Of a stretch of 64,000 nt of DNA, positions 1 to 14,099 are shown one piece after another; within the stretch, counting starts at the first letter, position 1, and every line of letters begins with the position of its first letter. The DNA lies in assembly GCA_951406725.2 (NCBI GenBank), contig OX597814.1:44702001-44766000 (forward strand), read 5' to 3'. The notes below the pieces were generated by a model, which did no database searches, had not been told where the DNA came from, and saw only the letters and a list, made by a program, of their open reading frames with translations. The DNA comes from Octopus vulgaris (lineage: Eukaryota). The position numbers and the translations under genes were made by a program.

Positions 1-1199
1 CCTCCCTTGTTCAAAGGTTATATGGATACAGTTTGTGTATCAAATAGCTAACTTAAGGCGATGGCCTCATGGAGCTAATAAGCGGTCAGCTTTATTCTTA
101 TTTTTATAAGAATGCCATATTAATATGGCGATAACTAATATTTTCCGGGAACGCTGCCGTTGTTCTCTTTTAGAGACTTAGAATTAATATTTCTATTATT
201 GAAAACAAGTGGATGTATCCACCGAACGTAAAAAACCTTGAACAGAGAGACGAAGAATACGAACTCTTAGTAATTTTAATATAATACTAATATATATATA
301 TATGCCATATGTTGCTCATATGCGTATGTGCATGCATATGTATATGCTTGTATATGTATATATTTGTGTTTACATATATATGCTCACATGTACTACAGAC
401 AGACACATAGATATAATCTTCTCTGCGGATATCTTTACATAAACGTGTGTCACGATAACTTAGTGATTATCACAAACATTTTGAAACAGTGCAACCACTT
501 ACTCTCCGCAGAGCTTGTAAAATTTCTTACGTATGTAAATTTGATGGAAACAGGAACATTTTCAGCCTCCTTTTGCGGCTGCCAGAAATATGATGCTCAA
601 ACGAAACACATAATCATTACTAAAACTATTAAGTATCTGCGATGTTATCAACTGAAAACTTTTACTGATTAAGAAGTACAACGCAGTAAAGATTTTGCGA
701 TAGATAAAACCACATTAATCATAACATGTATGTCCTATAAATTTCTGTTAATGCGTGTTTCGATGTTAACAATGCCGCTAACTTTTATCGGCGCGAAATT
801 CTGTTTCAGTTAATGGAAAAGTTAGTCGTTTACATTGCTAAAATTTGCACCTTATAATCAATGAAATGGCCTCTGTTTTACTATTATAGCCATAGAAAGC
901 AGCTAATGTTAAGGGTGGGAATCTAATTGGTACATGACCACTGAAGCCGGTATCGTAAAGTTAAACGTTGTTTTACTTAGCAATTAGAACTTAATGTTTG
1001 TGAAATTTAGGAATATATTTTGGTAGATTATATAGTAAGTACGTATACGAGTGAGTCAATTTCTTTTCTTTGGCGTTTAAATTTTTCCTTTTGCAGAAGT
1101 CAAGCTGATAACTAAGTTACACTGTATTTTCTTAAGTAAAGGCAACTCTTGGAGTTGTGAATAAATGAATTATTTACAGTATGAATTATTTATTGCATG

Positions 1200-2900
1200 T
1201 TGGTCTATCACTGGGTAATCCTTTCATTGATGAGTGTGTGTATTACATATCTTTGTGATTTATTACACATGTTTGTAGGCTATATGTACATGTTATTGTG
1301 TGCATATTTTCAATTCTCAAAGGAAGAATCCCAGGAATGATTTATCAATTTTCATCGTTAGATTAATTTATTGCATTTGAAAGAGACGGCGACTTCCACT
1401 AACATTCTGTATTTTTAATGGTGTTGATACATTCAGGCCATGGTATGCCTTCGGTGTGGCCGTTAAGACAATACATCTACATCAAATTTGAAATGGTTTT
1501 AATGAAAATATCATGTTCAATGGGCACTAGTATCTTGCGGGTATTCTAGAAAAGTTGATGATGATATGAGTGAAACCTTCCGTACTTAAATAGAACGGCA
1601 TTTTCTTTCACAACGTGAAATGTGAGATAACAGTTATATTTTCATGATATGTACCCATTCATATCTTTCTGCTGATGTGATGAGAAGTTTCTTTTTTAGT
1701 AGGCTAGTCCGTCTGCATTTGGCTCATATGCAACAAGTATATCCACAGCGAAAATGTTCAGTTCTTCACCTAATCTCATGATATTATTTCCTCCTTTGAG
1801 CATGCACGTACTGTACACATCTCTCTCTTTACTCTTCACGAAATGTCACCTAATTAATACATTGTCACATACTCTGGGGATCTACACTAACCTCAAGCTC
1901 CTACCTGCATCTATTTGCTTATCACATATCATGTACGTTCACTAATGGTACGGAGGTTACCCGTAGTGTTGATTTTCCATTTTGATGTCCAAACCACGGA
2001 TTTTTTACTATTCCGAATTGATATCCCAAATGCTGCTGCTTTTCTAGACACAGAGACACAGGCGAAAATATTGTGGCACATGCTGTTATTAATGGTGATA
2101 GCTCTTGCATTCGTACCTTCCAAAGTCGGCTGGATTATTCATCATCATTGGGTCTTTACTCAAAGTTCCGACGTATTAATAATTCTCCTCAATTCTGGGA
2201 TACTTGTAGCATTCATTATTGGGGAAGATAGGGAAGGTAGACGATCATTGGCATCCATATTCACTGAATGGTCGACAATTTTCCCTCGTTTGGCTACCAA
2301 AAATGAACATATCCTCACCAAACTCAAAATCCATTCCTATCCTGTTTTTTTCTTCTCTACATATCAAGCTTGCAGCTTTTGCGTTTCCTTAAATAAGCCT
2401 AAGAAGAGGTTCACTGCTAAGACGAAACACATTGCAAACAGAGTGTCATTTGAAATACTCCGATCAATAACAAGATTTCGTCAGTGACTACAGAAGTACG
2501 TTATGTTAACATTAATCCTGCAAATCAAGTTTTTATCAGTCTCTTAACAACAAAAACAGACATCGACAATAGTATCGAGAATAGTATTTAGAAGCTTCAC
2601 AAGTGAATCTGTTATGTCTGAGCTGACATAGTCAAACACCTTCATATAAAGAAGGCAGACAGTCAGTTGAATTTGGTGAAGCCGTTTTGCTTCCTTAAGT
2701 AAAGATTTCTTCATAAGCTCTTGCGCACAACGTGAGACTCTTTTCAATGTTTCTGCCTGTTCATTAGTCGACATTTTTTTCTTTATTCCCAGTGATAAAC
2801 ATGCAAACAACATGTATACCGTTAATACATAAATTTTAGTAATCCAAGTAATAAATCACACTTGGTTGGCACTGTTAGATTACAGCTATGATAGGAGAGA
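1200..2900 (-). mobile_element. Highly degraded R4/Dong-like RLE non-LTR retrotransposon (RT + CCHC/RLE remnant)
   Basis: Minus-strand frameshifted peptides align by eye with the better copy at 8.3-10.1 kb: YMKVFDYVS (~YKKAFDSVP, RT), AMCFVLAVN (~VMLFILSVN), IGMDFEFGED/CSFLVAKRGK (~VGLEFGRDKC..KRGK), ECYKY, HNIFA, CERKCR, THIIINFSRIPARY (~CPKMSSRYY). The + ORF 1915-2487 is its antisense shadow. Confidence 0.75.
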
Positions 2901-5490
2901 CTGATGTAGGGTCATAATGAGGGTTTATCCCGCCCTAGGTAAATCAATAAATGACTGCCATAAATCCAGTATTCTTTACAATATTCTACCCTACAATTGT
3001 GTTTAAACTTATTATTTCCACAAAACTACATAGACAGTTGTACTTTATGAAAAATGAATAATAATATATAGAACATATGTACAGAACATAATTTACGCAT
3101 AAATTAAAATTAGTCACTGTATTAGCAAGATGATATAAAAATACAAAAACGCTTACTAAAATTAACTAATTAAAATTATATGAAACTTTAAAGAAATGCC
3201 TTCTTTACACCTATTTTTAGTAATTTTATAAATTTGACTTTAATTTTAAAAATGTAACTTTCGAATTTTAAACAATGCAAAAGCATGGAAAATCTCAATA
3301 CCGCGTGTTCTCAGTAGCTTAGCGTTCTTAAATGTGTAAAGCTTAATCCAAGATTCACTCTTGACCTTTTGAATCTCTCAAAGGAGATCAATTCCAAGCT
3401 CTTGAGAAGCATCTGAACTCAGAAGACTGAGTTCTGTCTAAATAGCTAGTCACAAATTTGGGAATATCATTTCCTCTCAAACAAAACAAAAAAAAAAAAA
3501 CTTTAGAAGTTCTGCAGACTCACAAACCTAAATGTTCGGCAAATTGCCGAGAAAACCTAAGATTTGTTCATAAACATCCAAAAACTTACTTTACTCATCC
3601 CAGCGGTATAAATCAGTCTAATTGCGAGAAAACTTGTATGTGAGAAATGAGCGTTATGAAGTTTTAGTCTCAATTTGACTTAAATGTTAATTCTCAACAA
3701 TTCAAAGGAAAAACAAAATTACCAGTGTAAGTTGTGAAGTCGGAGAGATAATCCTTCCATTTCGTTATGATTTGTTTGGTTAGTGTCACTCTTTTATTTC
3801 GAGTTTAACTCTTAGCATTTCCACTAATCACGTGGTTCTTAATGGGGCCTCCTTCTATCTGAATATCCTATTATTCCATACTTTCTGTTCTCCAACAATG
3901 TTTCTCGTAGTTTTAAAAATAAATGTTTGAAGTGCCTTTCAGTCAAAGGCAGCAGGATGAAACCTCATAATATGGCCTTGAAATTGCTTTTGAGCAGAGT
4001 GAATTCGGATGAATATTTTATTTCCAAAATTTTAGGGAAACCGATGAATTAAAAGTCAAACTTACTTTTATTCCTCTCCTGACTTGCAATTTTGGTATTG
4101 ACCATCATCTATACGTTGTAAGAGATCTATTATAACATGAAATTCTTCATGAACTATCATCACAGTTTCTCTTGGTACTCCATCGAATGTCAGATTCAGA
4201 TTTACCAACTACTGGTATAATATCTGTCAGCTTTAGGCAACGGAGAATTGAAAAGAGAGTGAGTGAATGAAGTGACTGACTTGCACTGAAAAAAGTTTCA
4301 TCACGTATCATCAATAGATCATGCTTATCATGCACGAACAAATTCAGAGAATGTTTATCGCAGTTTACAAAAATAGCTTTTCTATATATTTTTTCTCAAT
4401 CTTGTGTTGAACATCACTTTTATAACCAGCTATCACTTCAGCGTTGTCATTGCATTCAAATGGACAGTCTTCTAACAGCATTTCTCTTTTTTATAAGTTG
4501 TTCCTAAATTACATCCAACATGTTTTCAGCATCCTTTCGTTTTATTGAAAACAATATTATGGAATTGATGTTTTTTTCTTAAAATAAATATCAACCTACC
4601 AAACAATTTCTGCCATTTGTTCTCATTTTACTTGACCTGCAGCAAAATGAAGTCAAATTATATGGTCCTATGCATGCTATGTAACAAATTCTGGCTACAG
4701 AAGACATCTTACCTAAATACATAGATTCTTCACGAACGGAGATGAAAATCACATTCTTCCATGTTGTCATTCCACGTCAATAAGATGTTTGTCGTCTTTA
4801 TTCCAAAATTATTTACCAACAATTAATAAACCTCAAAACTGTCCGTAAATAGGGAAATTTCCGCATGTATGTATATGTGAATCTCTTTGTCTTTTGTGAG
4901 TGCGTATAGAGAATAAGTTAGGGAAAGAGAGACAAAGACTCCGAGGGAGAGAGAGAAAGGGGTGGATGCTTGGTAGTGACGGCTGAACTGCCAATTTTAA
5001 TGATATCAAACATTAATGCAACATTTGAATGAAGTTTGACTTGAAGTCCTGTACTACACAACCACGTTACACGTACACACACATCTGTCTGTGTATGTAA
5101 GTGTGTGAGTGTGTGTATATGTTTATGTCTATATACGTATAGACGATGCTTTCTAGATCCTTTCCCTTTATTTAAATACACGTTCCTCCATTCGCTCATC
5201 ACACTTACTTCTCTTCTCACGTCTATTGCTTCCACCATCCCTGAATAATAACATCTATTGATAATGCAACACGCTACATCAGTCTTCACAATACTACACA
5301 TTCCACCACTTCCAACTCATCTCTCGACCCCGCCACTTCTGATTCTCTCAATACCTGCTCATTCACCCCAGTATGTGGAATAATATTGCATACTTTTGCG
5401 CACTTTGGCAAAACACACACACATAACACGCGTGTGCACATATTCACACGCATACATACAAACAGACAGACAGACATATATATATGTGTG

Positions 5491-5723
5491 TGTTTCGTTA
5501 TTACCCACAAGGGGCTAAACATAGAGGGAACAAACAAGGCCAGACAAACGCATTAAGTCGATTACATCGACCCCAGTGCGTAACTGGTACTTAATTTATC
5601 GACCCCGAAAGGATGAAAGGCAAAGTCGTCCTCGGCGGAATTTGAACTCAGAATGTAAAGGCAGACGAAATACGGCTACGAAATTCCGCTCGGCGTGCTA
5701 ACGTTTCTGCCAGCTCTCCACCT
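5491..5723 (-). mobile_element. tRNA-derived SINE (family A)
   Basis: Minus strand: A box TGGCAGAAACG, B box GAGTTCAAATTCC, central GCCTTTCATCCTTTCGGGGTCGATAAA domain, tail ..TTGTGGGTAATAA. More than ten related copies in the window. Confidence 0.9.
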
Positions 5724-5748
5724 TCAGTACATATATATGTATATATCT

Positions 5749-5982
<234 letters not shown>

Positions 5983-6049
5983 CGTACACACAAAATTGGT
6001 CACAGTCAATTACTCAGGAATATGTGTCTCTCCACCTCTCTGCAATTCT

Positions 6050-6365
6050 TGAATCTTCGTTGTTTTACCTGTTTAAATCATAGCCTGCAGCCATGTTGAG
6101 GTGTTCATGCCAACACATAGAATCCTGTAGTTATTTTTTTTTTTTTTATATTTGAAGTCTGGTGCCAAATCTATCAGTTTCTCTGCATGTCCCTGTAATG
6201 TAATATAGCTTCAACAGATTTTCCGCCAACCAAATTCCCTCACAAGACAATGATTAGCTTAGTGACAGAGTAGAAAACGCTTGCCCAACATTCTGTCCAG
6301 AGGAACTCAACCTGGAACCACATAGTTGCAAAGCGAGCTTCTTAACCACACAGTCATATCTGCGT
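6050..6365 (-). mobile_element. Degraded tRNA-derived SINE (family B)
   Basis: Reverse complement of the TGTGTGGTTAAGAAGCTCGCTT head and TTGGGCAAG core; matches the 35465 copy. Confidence 0.7.
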
Positions 6366-8167
6366 CTACGTAATATTGTATAATCTGGAATATTATTGCA
6401 TTTTTGTCTTTGGCGCACTTGGAAATTTGAATGAAATGATACAAAATGGAATCTTTAAATCAGTATCATACTATAGTTTTTCATAATCTAATCTTCTTAC
6501 TTAATTTAAGATTATTATCTAAATTTTATTATATTTATTATTTCGTTTGTTTTCTATGTATCGCTTAAAAGAAAATTGATTTTATGACATTAAAAATATA
6601 TTATAGCAAATGGATTGGCGGCATTATCTACAGTATTAAAATTACCTCTTTCTCTAACGCTGAGATTCTCCCGTTATCATTATCTATCTCAGAATAGTCG
6701 GTGTTATTGAGAATTAGATAGATATGCTGAGTATTAAACTGAGACTAATGTTTCATAAATACACATTTTATTTTTTAATCTAGCGAAGATTGATTTAAAG
6801 GAGTGATACAGATGTATAAGTACATTAATGCATAGTGTCCCCTCGACAAACAGGTCAGTCGGAAAATACACAATACGGATTACTTATTGGTTGTAATTAA
6901 TTGTGGAATGAAAGTAACATTATATGCATGAATTGCTTATGTATGGATGGCCATAATAGAATATCGAGACATTCACATTTACGTATAAATAATGTACTAA
7001 CATTGTAGTAAAGCGTCTTAAAGCAAAATCGAAATATATTGATTTTTGGTTCATTGGGAGTTCACTCTTTAATTTGGTAAGCGCCGCACAGCAACTTTAT
7101 GATACCTTACAATCATTTTCTTTGTTCGATCAGTCTCAAATATATCTGAAGATATAAGTATGTCTTTCAGATTTAACATACGACATAAATTTAAAACTGC
7201 GCTGTATCTGATATATCAACAATAATTTTGCATATGGAATTAAGGGCTTCGAATTGGCTTCATTCACTTAGCTAGGACCTTACCAGAAGCACGTTGACTG
7301 CTTGCAATTTAGGAATTTTTGAGAAGTGGGTTAATTATATCAACTCTGATACATAATGGGTACCTTATCTTATCGACCCCTACACAAGAAAACGCAAACT
7401 TCACCTCAATGGAATTTGAGCTCAGAATGTAAAAAAACTAGATTCCGTCGTTCTAATGAATCTGTCAATTCAGAAACGTTCTATACAGTTTCTCTCAACC
7501 TGGTTTCTCTTACAAGACATAACAGATCGATCCGAGACTACAGAAAATTATATTTACCCATCATACTACCACATGAAGTCGAAACAATAATCTCAATGTT
7601 GCGAAACGTTTTTCAAAGACCTACTATGCCTGCGTAACCCAATATATGTAATATAATATGGGAACCCTTAATCTTAATTTTGAAGAATACAATGTTCTAC
7701 AGGAGCCAAAGTTTAACAAAATGTGACGCTCGAGACCATGTCACTTATCTCAAATACTAATTTTTGAATGTTAATATTTTGCAATAAATACTTCCACCTT
7801 CTGTCACTATATATTTATTGTCCTCGTTCATATATAGTGGTAGTGAATTCACAAAATATTAGGACATTTAGGCTCTTCTGATGGGGATTGTTTATGTTGT
7901 AGATATTTGGAACGTTGCTCGTATAGTTCCTAACTCTAAGCCATATTTACGAGAAAAGCTGACTTTCGTCCGGCGATGAAAAATTTGATAACTACTCCCT
8001 CCTTATTGCAGTAAACTATTATTATTTCATGCGTGTATGTATGTGCTAATGTATGCGTGTATTTATTTCTTCTGATTTTTTTTTTTTCAATTTCTCCCCA
8101 ATAATGAAAAACTGCTTCCGACCCAGAAATAAGACTCATTTGTTGTAATTCAGATAATGTATAGTCC

Positions 8168-8250
8168 TGTATGTATGTATGCATGTCTGTATATATGCAT
8201 GTATGTATGCATGTATGTATGTATGTATGTATGTATGTATGTATATATGT
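8168..8250. repeat. (TATG)n tract at the 3' end of the RLE retrotransposon
   Basis: Directly visible; abuts the element's 3' UTR. Confidence 0.9.
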
Positions 8251-10121
8251 TCAGATTTGTATGTTTTCTGTATGTATTCTCATTCATAGAGTTACGAGTA
8301 CATATCTAGACATGCTCATATATATTTCAATGATAAACTTCTGAAAAGTTTTACAAATTTTGTAGTTTCAATGATGGATTGGATCTGTAGCCTTCGAATT
8401 ACCTTTCTCCTTTCTGGTTTTGAGAAGCCTAATTTCTCAAGTTTGATGTTTAGACAGTGTATTACATATTCCAGGGCCCCAATAATTACAGGTATAAACC
8501 TGAACTTGTAATCTGGATAGAGTAACTGTAGATTTCTCAATAGTTCAGCATAGGTGTTCTCTTTTTGACTGACCTTCAGCTTTACGTTCACATCCGCTGG
8601 GTAGCTAATTTCCACAACTGTGTTCAGTTTCTCTTCTCTATCCCCAATCATTATATCATGTCTGCCGTGCTTACATTTTATTGAGGTCTTCACTGGTACA
8701 TACCACCAGTAATCTTTTTCATTATGAGTAGCTATGTCTTCTACCATATTGGTGGTTTTTATTTCTTTGTCCCCCGAATTATTCTTCCGCTGGATTTCAT
8801 TATAGAGTGTCCTAGCTACAATGTCATGTCTCATAGGTAGATAATACCGTGATGACATTTTCGGACAACTTCTTTTGATAGTGGTGATAAATTCAGTGAG
8901 AACTCCACAAATTCTGCATCGTTTGTCACATTTCACGGCTTTTCCTACATCTCTATCCCTTTTGTGCATCAGGTACTTGGTTTATATTTCCTGTTCCTTG
9001 ATTGCAAATGCATACCCTTCAAAGTGGGAGGTAATAATCCGGCTATTGGTCTATGAGAAACTGGTTTGATGGTCGATGTTACTATCATTACGGAGCATTC
9101 TAGTAACATATCTATGCATAGTCTTCTGCTCATATAGGCTTATCCTTTCATCTGATGATATGTTGCGGTAGAGTTGTGCGACTTCTTTTGGCATGTGTTC
9201 TAGGTTATCAGACAGAGAGCGTTATCCACGGAGCTGCCTTCCAAGTCTTATGCATGTATGCAAACTTGGTTAAGGGATGCACTTCGACGCTTGGTGGTTA
9301 AAATATGTTGCCGAAGGGATATGATGCGGCATTCAAAGGCATTTTCGATCGATGTTAAGCTTCTGCCACCTTGTTTACGTTTTACATAGAGGCGGTCTAC
9401 ATCGGTGTTTATGTGGACATTATACGTGCTTGTTAGTATATTTCGAGTTTTCAAATCAATTGCTCGGATTTCATGAAGCGTTCAATCAAGCAACCCGAGT
9501 GTTGGCATGATTACTGGCACTGCAAACATATTGTGTGCCACTGTTTTATTGAATGCAGAGAGTTCTGAGCTTCAAATTTTCTTTACTCAGCTGTGACACG
9601 TATTTTGTTACAGGTGCCACTGTAAGATATATTTTCACCCACCCCTAAATACCTGTAACATTCCTCGTCAGATACAGGGGAAACATTCAAATCATTGACG
9701 GAGATGCTACTAGTCTGGTTTATAGTTTTCCCCCTTTTCTCAATCATATAACATTTATCCCGACCAAACTCCAACCCTACATCCTTTGAGAATGTAGTAA
9801 CTAGGTCACGTGTCTTTTGCATAAAGTTTTAAGTCATCCACAAAAAAGTAGTGTGTAATTTTGGCATTTCTGTTTCTTCGTGAACCAGTGAGATACCCTT
9901 CAAACTTCCTTAACATGAATGACAAGGGGTTTACAGAAAGTATAAACAACATCACAGAGAGGCTGTCCCCTTGGAATATGCCTTTGCGATATTGTATTCT
10001 ATCGGTAATAATACAGTCACTCCTTGTGTTTAATTTCAAGATAGTGGCCCACGATGAAGTCAGGTCAGCTATGGCTTTGACTACTCTCACTGGAACTTGA
10101 GCAAGTTGAAGGGCTTCTAGC

Positions 10122-10122
<1 letters not shown>
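8250..10122 (-). mobile_element. 5'-truncated R4/Dong-like non-LTR retrotransposon (RT, CCHC zinc knuckle, restriction-like endonuclease), pseudogenised
   Basis: ORFs 9806-10123 (KGIFQGDSLS, HYFFVDDLKLY = RT motifs), 9583-9822 (GLEFGRDKC, YRYLGV), 9248-9454 (DVDRLYVKRKQGGRSL) and 8316-8969 (CRIC..SC, RHD, RHDIMI, VVEISYP, KENTY, IPVIIGAL = RLE domain); frameshifts between them. Confidence 0.92.
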
Positions 10123-10152
<30 letters not shown>

Positions 10153-10235
10153 TGTATGTATGTATGTTTGTATGTATGTGTGCATGTATGCATGGATGTA
10201 TGTATGTATGTACGCATGTACGTAAGTGTGTATGT
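10123..10235. repeat. (TATG)n tract at the 5' junction of the RLE element
   Basis: Directly visible. Confidence 0.9.
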
Positions 10236-10384
10236 CATTATTCAATTTTTTTTCAAGATTTCTTGTCAGTAGAGAAAGAGCCCATTACTTACCTAGATCC
10301 AATGCTCCTTCACTGAAATTTCGACAACATCAACAGGATGCTTTTGCATGTATGTATAAGTGCAGTATTTGGAGTCAGCACACG

Positions 10385-12140
10385 TGCAGATTTGTATGTT
10401 TGTTTTATGTATGGATTCTCATGAATATAGCTGGATGTCTAGTCTTGCGGTTATATACTTAAATAATAAACTGGTGGGAAGTTTTACAGATTTTTACGGT
10501 TCCACTGACCTGCAGTCTTCGAGGTGGCTTTCTCCTCTCTAGTTTTGAAAAGCCTAATTTCTCCAGATTAGTAATTATGCAGTGTGTTTTACGTATCCGT
10601 GTGCCCCATAATCATAGGTATAAGCCTGAGCTTGTACTCTGGACAGAGTGACTGCAAATTTCTCAATAATTCAGTGTAGATATTCTCCTTTTCGCTGATC
10701 TTCAGCTTAATCTTAACATCCGCTGGGCAGCTAATTTCCATAACTCTGCACAGATTTTCTTTTCATCCCAAATCAATATGTCAAGTCGATTATGTTTACG
10801 TTTTATTGAGGTTTTCACTGGGACATTCCAGCAATACTTTTTCTTTTTATGAGTGGCTACAGCTTCTACAGTACAGTGGGTTCTTATTTCTTTGGCCTCA
10901 GAGTTATCCTTCCGACGAATCACTCACATGTCTTAGATACAATAGTAGATAATACCGTCATGACATTTTCGGACAATTGCTTATGATGTGGGTGATATTT
11001 TCAGGGTTAACTCCACATCTTAACAAGTGTGCATCGGCTACCATATTTTGCTGCTTTCCTTACATATCTATCCCTTTTGTGTATCAGGTGTTTGGTTGAT
11101 ATTTCCTGCAACTGAATTGAAAATATCATACTCTTCAAAGTGAGAGGTAGTAATCCGATTGTTGGTCCATGATCGACTACTTTGACGATCAATGTTACTA
11201 TCATCTCTGAGCGTTCTACAGACATCTCCATGCATGATCTTCTACTGATATACGCTCGGCTTTTCAGTTGATGATATGTGGAGTAGAGTCTTGTGACCTC
11301 TTTGGACATATATTTCAGGTTATCAGACAAGGAATGCGGCTCAAGAAGCTGCTTTCCAAGCTCATTGATGTTATAAGCCTCTTGTATGCAAACTTGGTCA
11401 AGGGATGCACTTCGATACTTGATGGTTAAAAGATGTTGCCGAAGGGAGATGATACGATATTCAAAGGCAGACCGAATCGATGATAAGCCTCTAGTTCCTT
11501 GTTTTCCTTCCAGATAGAGGCGGTCGACGTCATTGGGAAAATTAAATGTGCTGTTTAGTATCTTCCGGTTTTCCACACCAATAGCACAGATCTCTTCAAG
11601 CGTCCAATCAAGTAGCCCCAATGTTCGTATGAGTAGTGGCACTACAAACATATGGTTTCATTGAATGTAGAGAGTTCCGAGATACATATTTTATTTATTC
11701 GGCTATAATATTCTTCAGTTACACCTGTCTTGTTACAGATACCCTCGAAAGATATGTTTCCATCCACCCTAAGGTACCTGTAACATTTCTCGTCAGGAGA
11801 AACAGTTAAGTCATTGATGGAGTTGTGCTAGTCTGGCTTCCGGTTTTCTCTCTTTTCACAAACATATGGCAACATCTATCCTGACCAAACTCCAAACTCA
11901 TATTCTTTGAGAATGTTGTAAACAGGTCAAAGCTCTTTTTCATCTTATGCATATTCTTGGTATATAGTTTCAAGCCATCCACAAAGGTTAAAATGTGGAA
12001 TTTTGGTGTTTCTCTTTCCTTACGAAACTGAGATACAATTCGGGCTTCTTTAACATGAATGACAAAGGGTTTACGGAAAGTATAAACAGCATCACAGAAC
12101 GACTGTCCCATTGGAATATACCTCTGTGATATTTTATTCT
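10385..12140 (-). mobile_element. Second 5'-truncated R4/Dong-like element (diverged paralogue)
   Basis: GIFQWDSRSVMLFILSVNPLSF, FVDGLKLY, SLEFGQDRC, LGLLDWT, DVDRLY, QEISTK, WNVPVKT, HNRLDILIWD. Its 3' UTR (CAGATTTGTATGTTT...ATTCTCAT on +) matches the 8250 copy. Confidence 0.9.
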
Positions 12141-12177
12141 AAGTATTCTATGTATGCATGTATGTACATACGCATGC

Positions 12178-12420
12178 ATGGCTGGGTGATTAAGAATTTT
12201 GCACCGCAGCTGTGACGTGGCGGGTTATATTCTAACATGCAGCATCTTGAATACATGTATCAACCAGAACCTCGGATTGTCCCCGAGTGTTACTAGTGAA
12301 TTTGGGTGAACAGGAACTATACAGAAGACTGTCGAGTGAAATATACCTGTAATTTAAATGTCCAGTCTCAATGAGTGTGTGTAACACTGATTCTACTTGA
12401 GAATTGCATTAAGAGTATAT
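12178..12420 (+). mobile_element. Degraded SINE (family B-like)
   Basis: TGGCTGGGTGATTAAGAA head, GCAGCATCTTG core, AGTGAATTTGG...GGAACT...AGAAGACTGTCG. Confidence 0.5.
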
Positions 12421-12639
12421 GTGTCTATAGAAAACGCAGCCATTTTGTATGCTAATTTAATGAGCAGGTCATCCAGTTTACGAAAAAAACAACAACTTCA
12501 CACTCTAAAATTGGCATATAAGTTTGTTATCATCACCAGGTGTGTGTTTGTACGCATGTATGTACGTATATATTTTCAAACACATGCAAGTGTGCAAACA
12601 TAGATGTTGTTGCATGTATGCATATTATGTTTTGACAAG

Positions 12640-13205
12640 TGTGTGTACACAGAGATAAGTTTGCAAGTATATACCTGTGCATATGGACTTATTGCTTGCT
12701 TCATTTCAAGATAATGATGTCCTAATTACCTGCGTCTCTTCTATTGTTATTTTTATAATCCTGCATTTCAAGATTGCTATTAAGGCAATTAGTAACACGA
12801 TTCCCGAAAATTATTAGTATAAATATAAAGCTATGATATGGGTAGAACATTGACAACTTTCTCATTAGATCGGCTAAACTTTTCCATTGAGTTACCATTT
12901 GATTGGCAAATGACTTCCACAACTGAGTACTATTTCCTTGCTCTCTCGCAGTTCCGTTTGACTGATTTGTTGAGTTTCCATTTTATTGAGATTCTGTCAG
13001 GAATATTTCACCAGTATTCCTTTCTGTTCAGAAAATCTTATTTCTCACACATGGCTGTGTCATTACACATTTTTATCCCCTGAGTTATCCTTTCTACGGA
13101 TTGTAATGTATATTATTTTGACCAAGACATCATGCCTCACAGTTTGGTTTTATACCATGACATTCCCGGAATGCTGCTTATTATGGGACAGCATTCTCGA
13201 AGTTA
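12640..13205 (-). mobile_element. Fourth R4/Dong-like fragment (RLE domain only)
   Basis: Minus strand reads VRHDVLVKIIYITIRRKDNSGDKN, KEYW*NIP..SIKWK, YSVVEV, homologous to MRHDIVARTLYNEIQRKNNSGDKE..KDYWWYVP..SIKCK..TVVEI of the 8.3-kb copy. Confidence 0.75.
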
Positions 13206-13989
13206 ATTTCATAAATCTGTGTGTGTGTATGTGTGTGTGTGTGCGTGAGTGTGTGACTGTGTGTCTGTGTACGTAGATGTATTCGTTTCATGATCCTTTT
13301 CATGTAGATATTTTCGTAAACATGTGCGCCTTTCCCATGCAGTATTTAAGCGAGCTGCACGAAATCACAATTTATGGAGTGGGTGGGGTATGGCTGACGT
13401 GCGATAAATATGATTGTAATTGTCTTTTCAGGGTTTACCTCTATTTTCACCAATGAAGTCACTGGATAAGATAGCAGTTTTCAACATTATGTTCATGAAA
13501 CAAGATTGCATAATTCCCAGAACCTGTGGAAATGTTTTCAAATCTATTGGTTGTTTAAAAAAGTGTTGTACAACGGAATACACTTCTAAATGTTGATGTG
13601 CACAACCTCAAGTTTGTAAGATCTGGCAAGCGATGTGTAGGAGCCTAGTATACCCAAAAGGCTACAGCTGAAAGCAATTTTTTTAAGAGTTCCCAATGTT
13701 ATCTAGTTATCTAGGACACTCGTTATCAACTTTAATGTATTTATATTTATATGTATATATAGGAATGTAAGTAAGCATTTATGTGGGTATTCATGCATGT
13801 AGATATATATGTTTGTACGTTTATATAAGTCAGTACAAGCGTATTTGAAGCTATGTGGAATAACTGTAAAACACCAACCGTACAATTTACTATTTATGCA
13901 GAGTATAACTGTAACGACGCTCATAGTTTATACCTAAATACTATACATTTATACATGTATGAGTTCGTGTGTGTGTGTGTATGTGTGTG

Positions 13990-14031
<42 letters not shown>

Positions 14032-14099
14032 CTTTAAAACAATATTATATTAATGAAAATTGGAGTCTTCACTTTCCTTTCAACAAGGAATAAGTTTCT

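Noticed and set aside
200-240. Hairpin GTGGA TGTA TCCAC followed by CGAACGTA (hammerhead-like 3' half)
   Set aside because: No CUGNNGA-like core or stem I upstream, and GAAA is not intact.
1915-2487. 190-aa plus-strand ORF resembling a membrane protein
   Set aside because: It is the antisense shadow of the degraded RLE retrotransposon on the minus strand.
4080-4290. Possible minus-strand exon after TTTTTTCAG
   Set aside because: All frames hit stops before a convincing donor; no recognisable protein.
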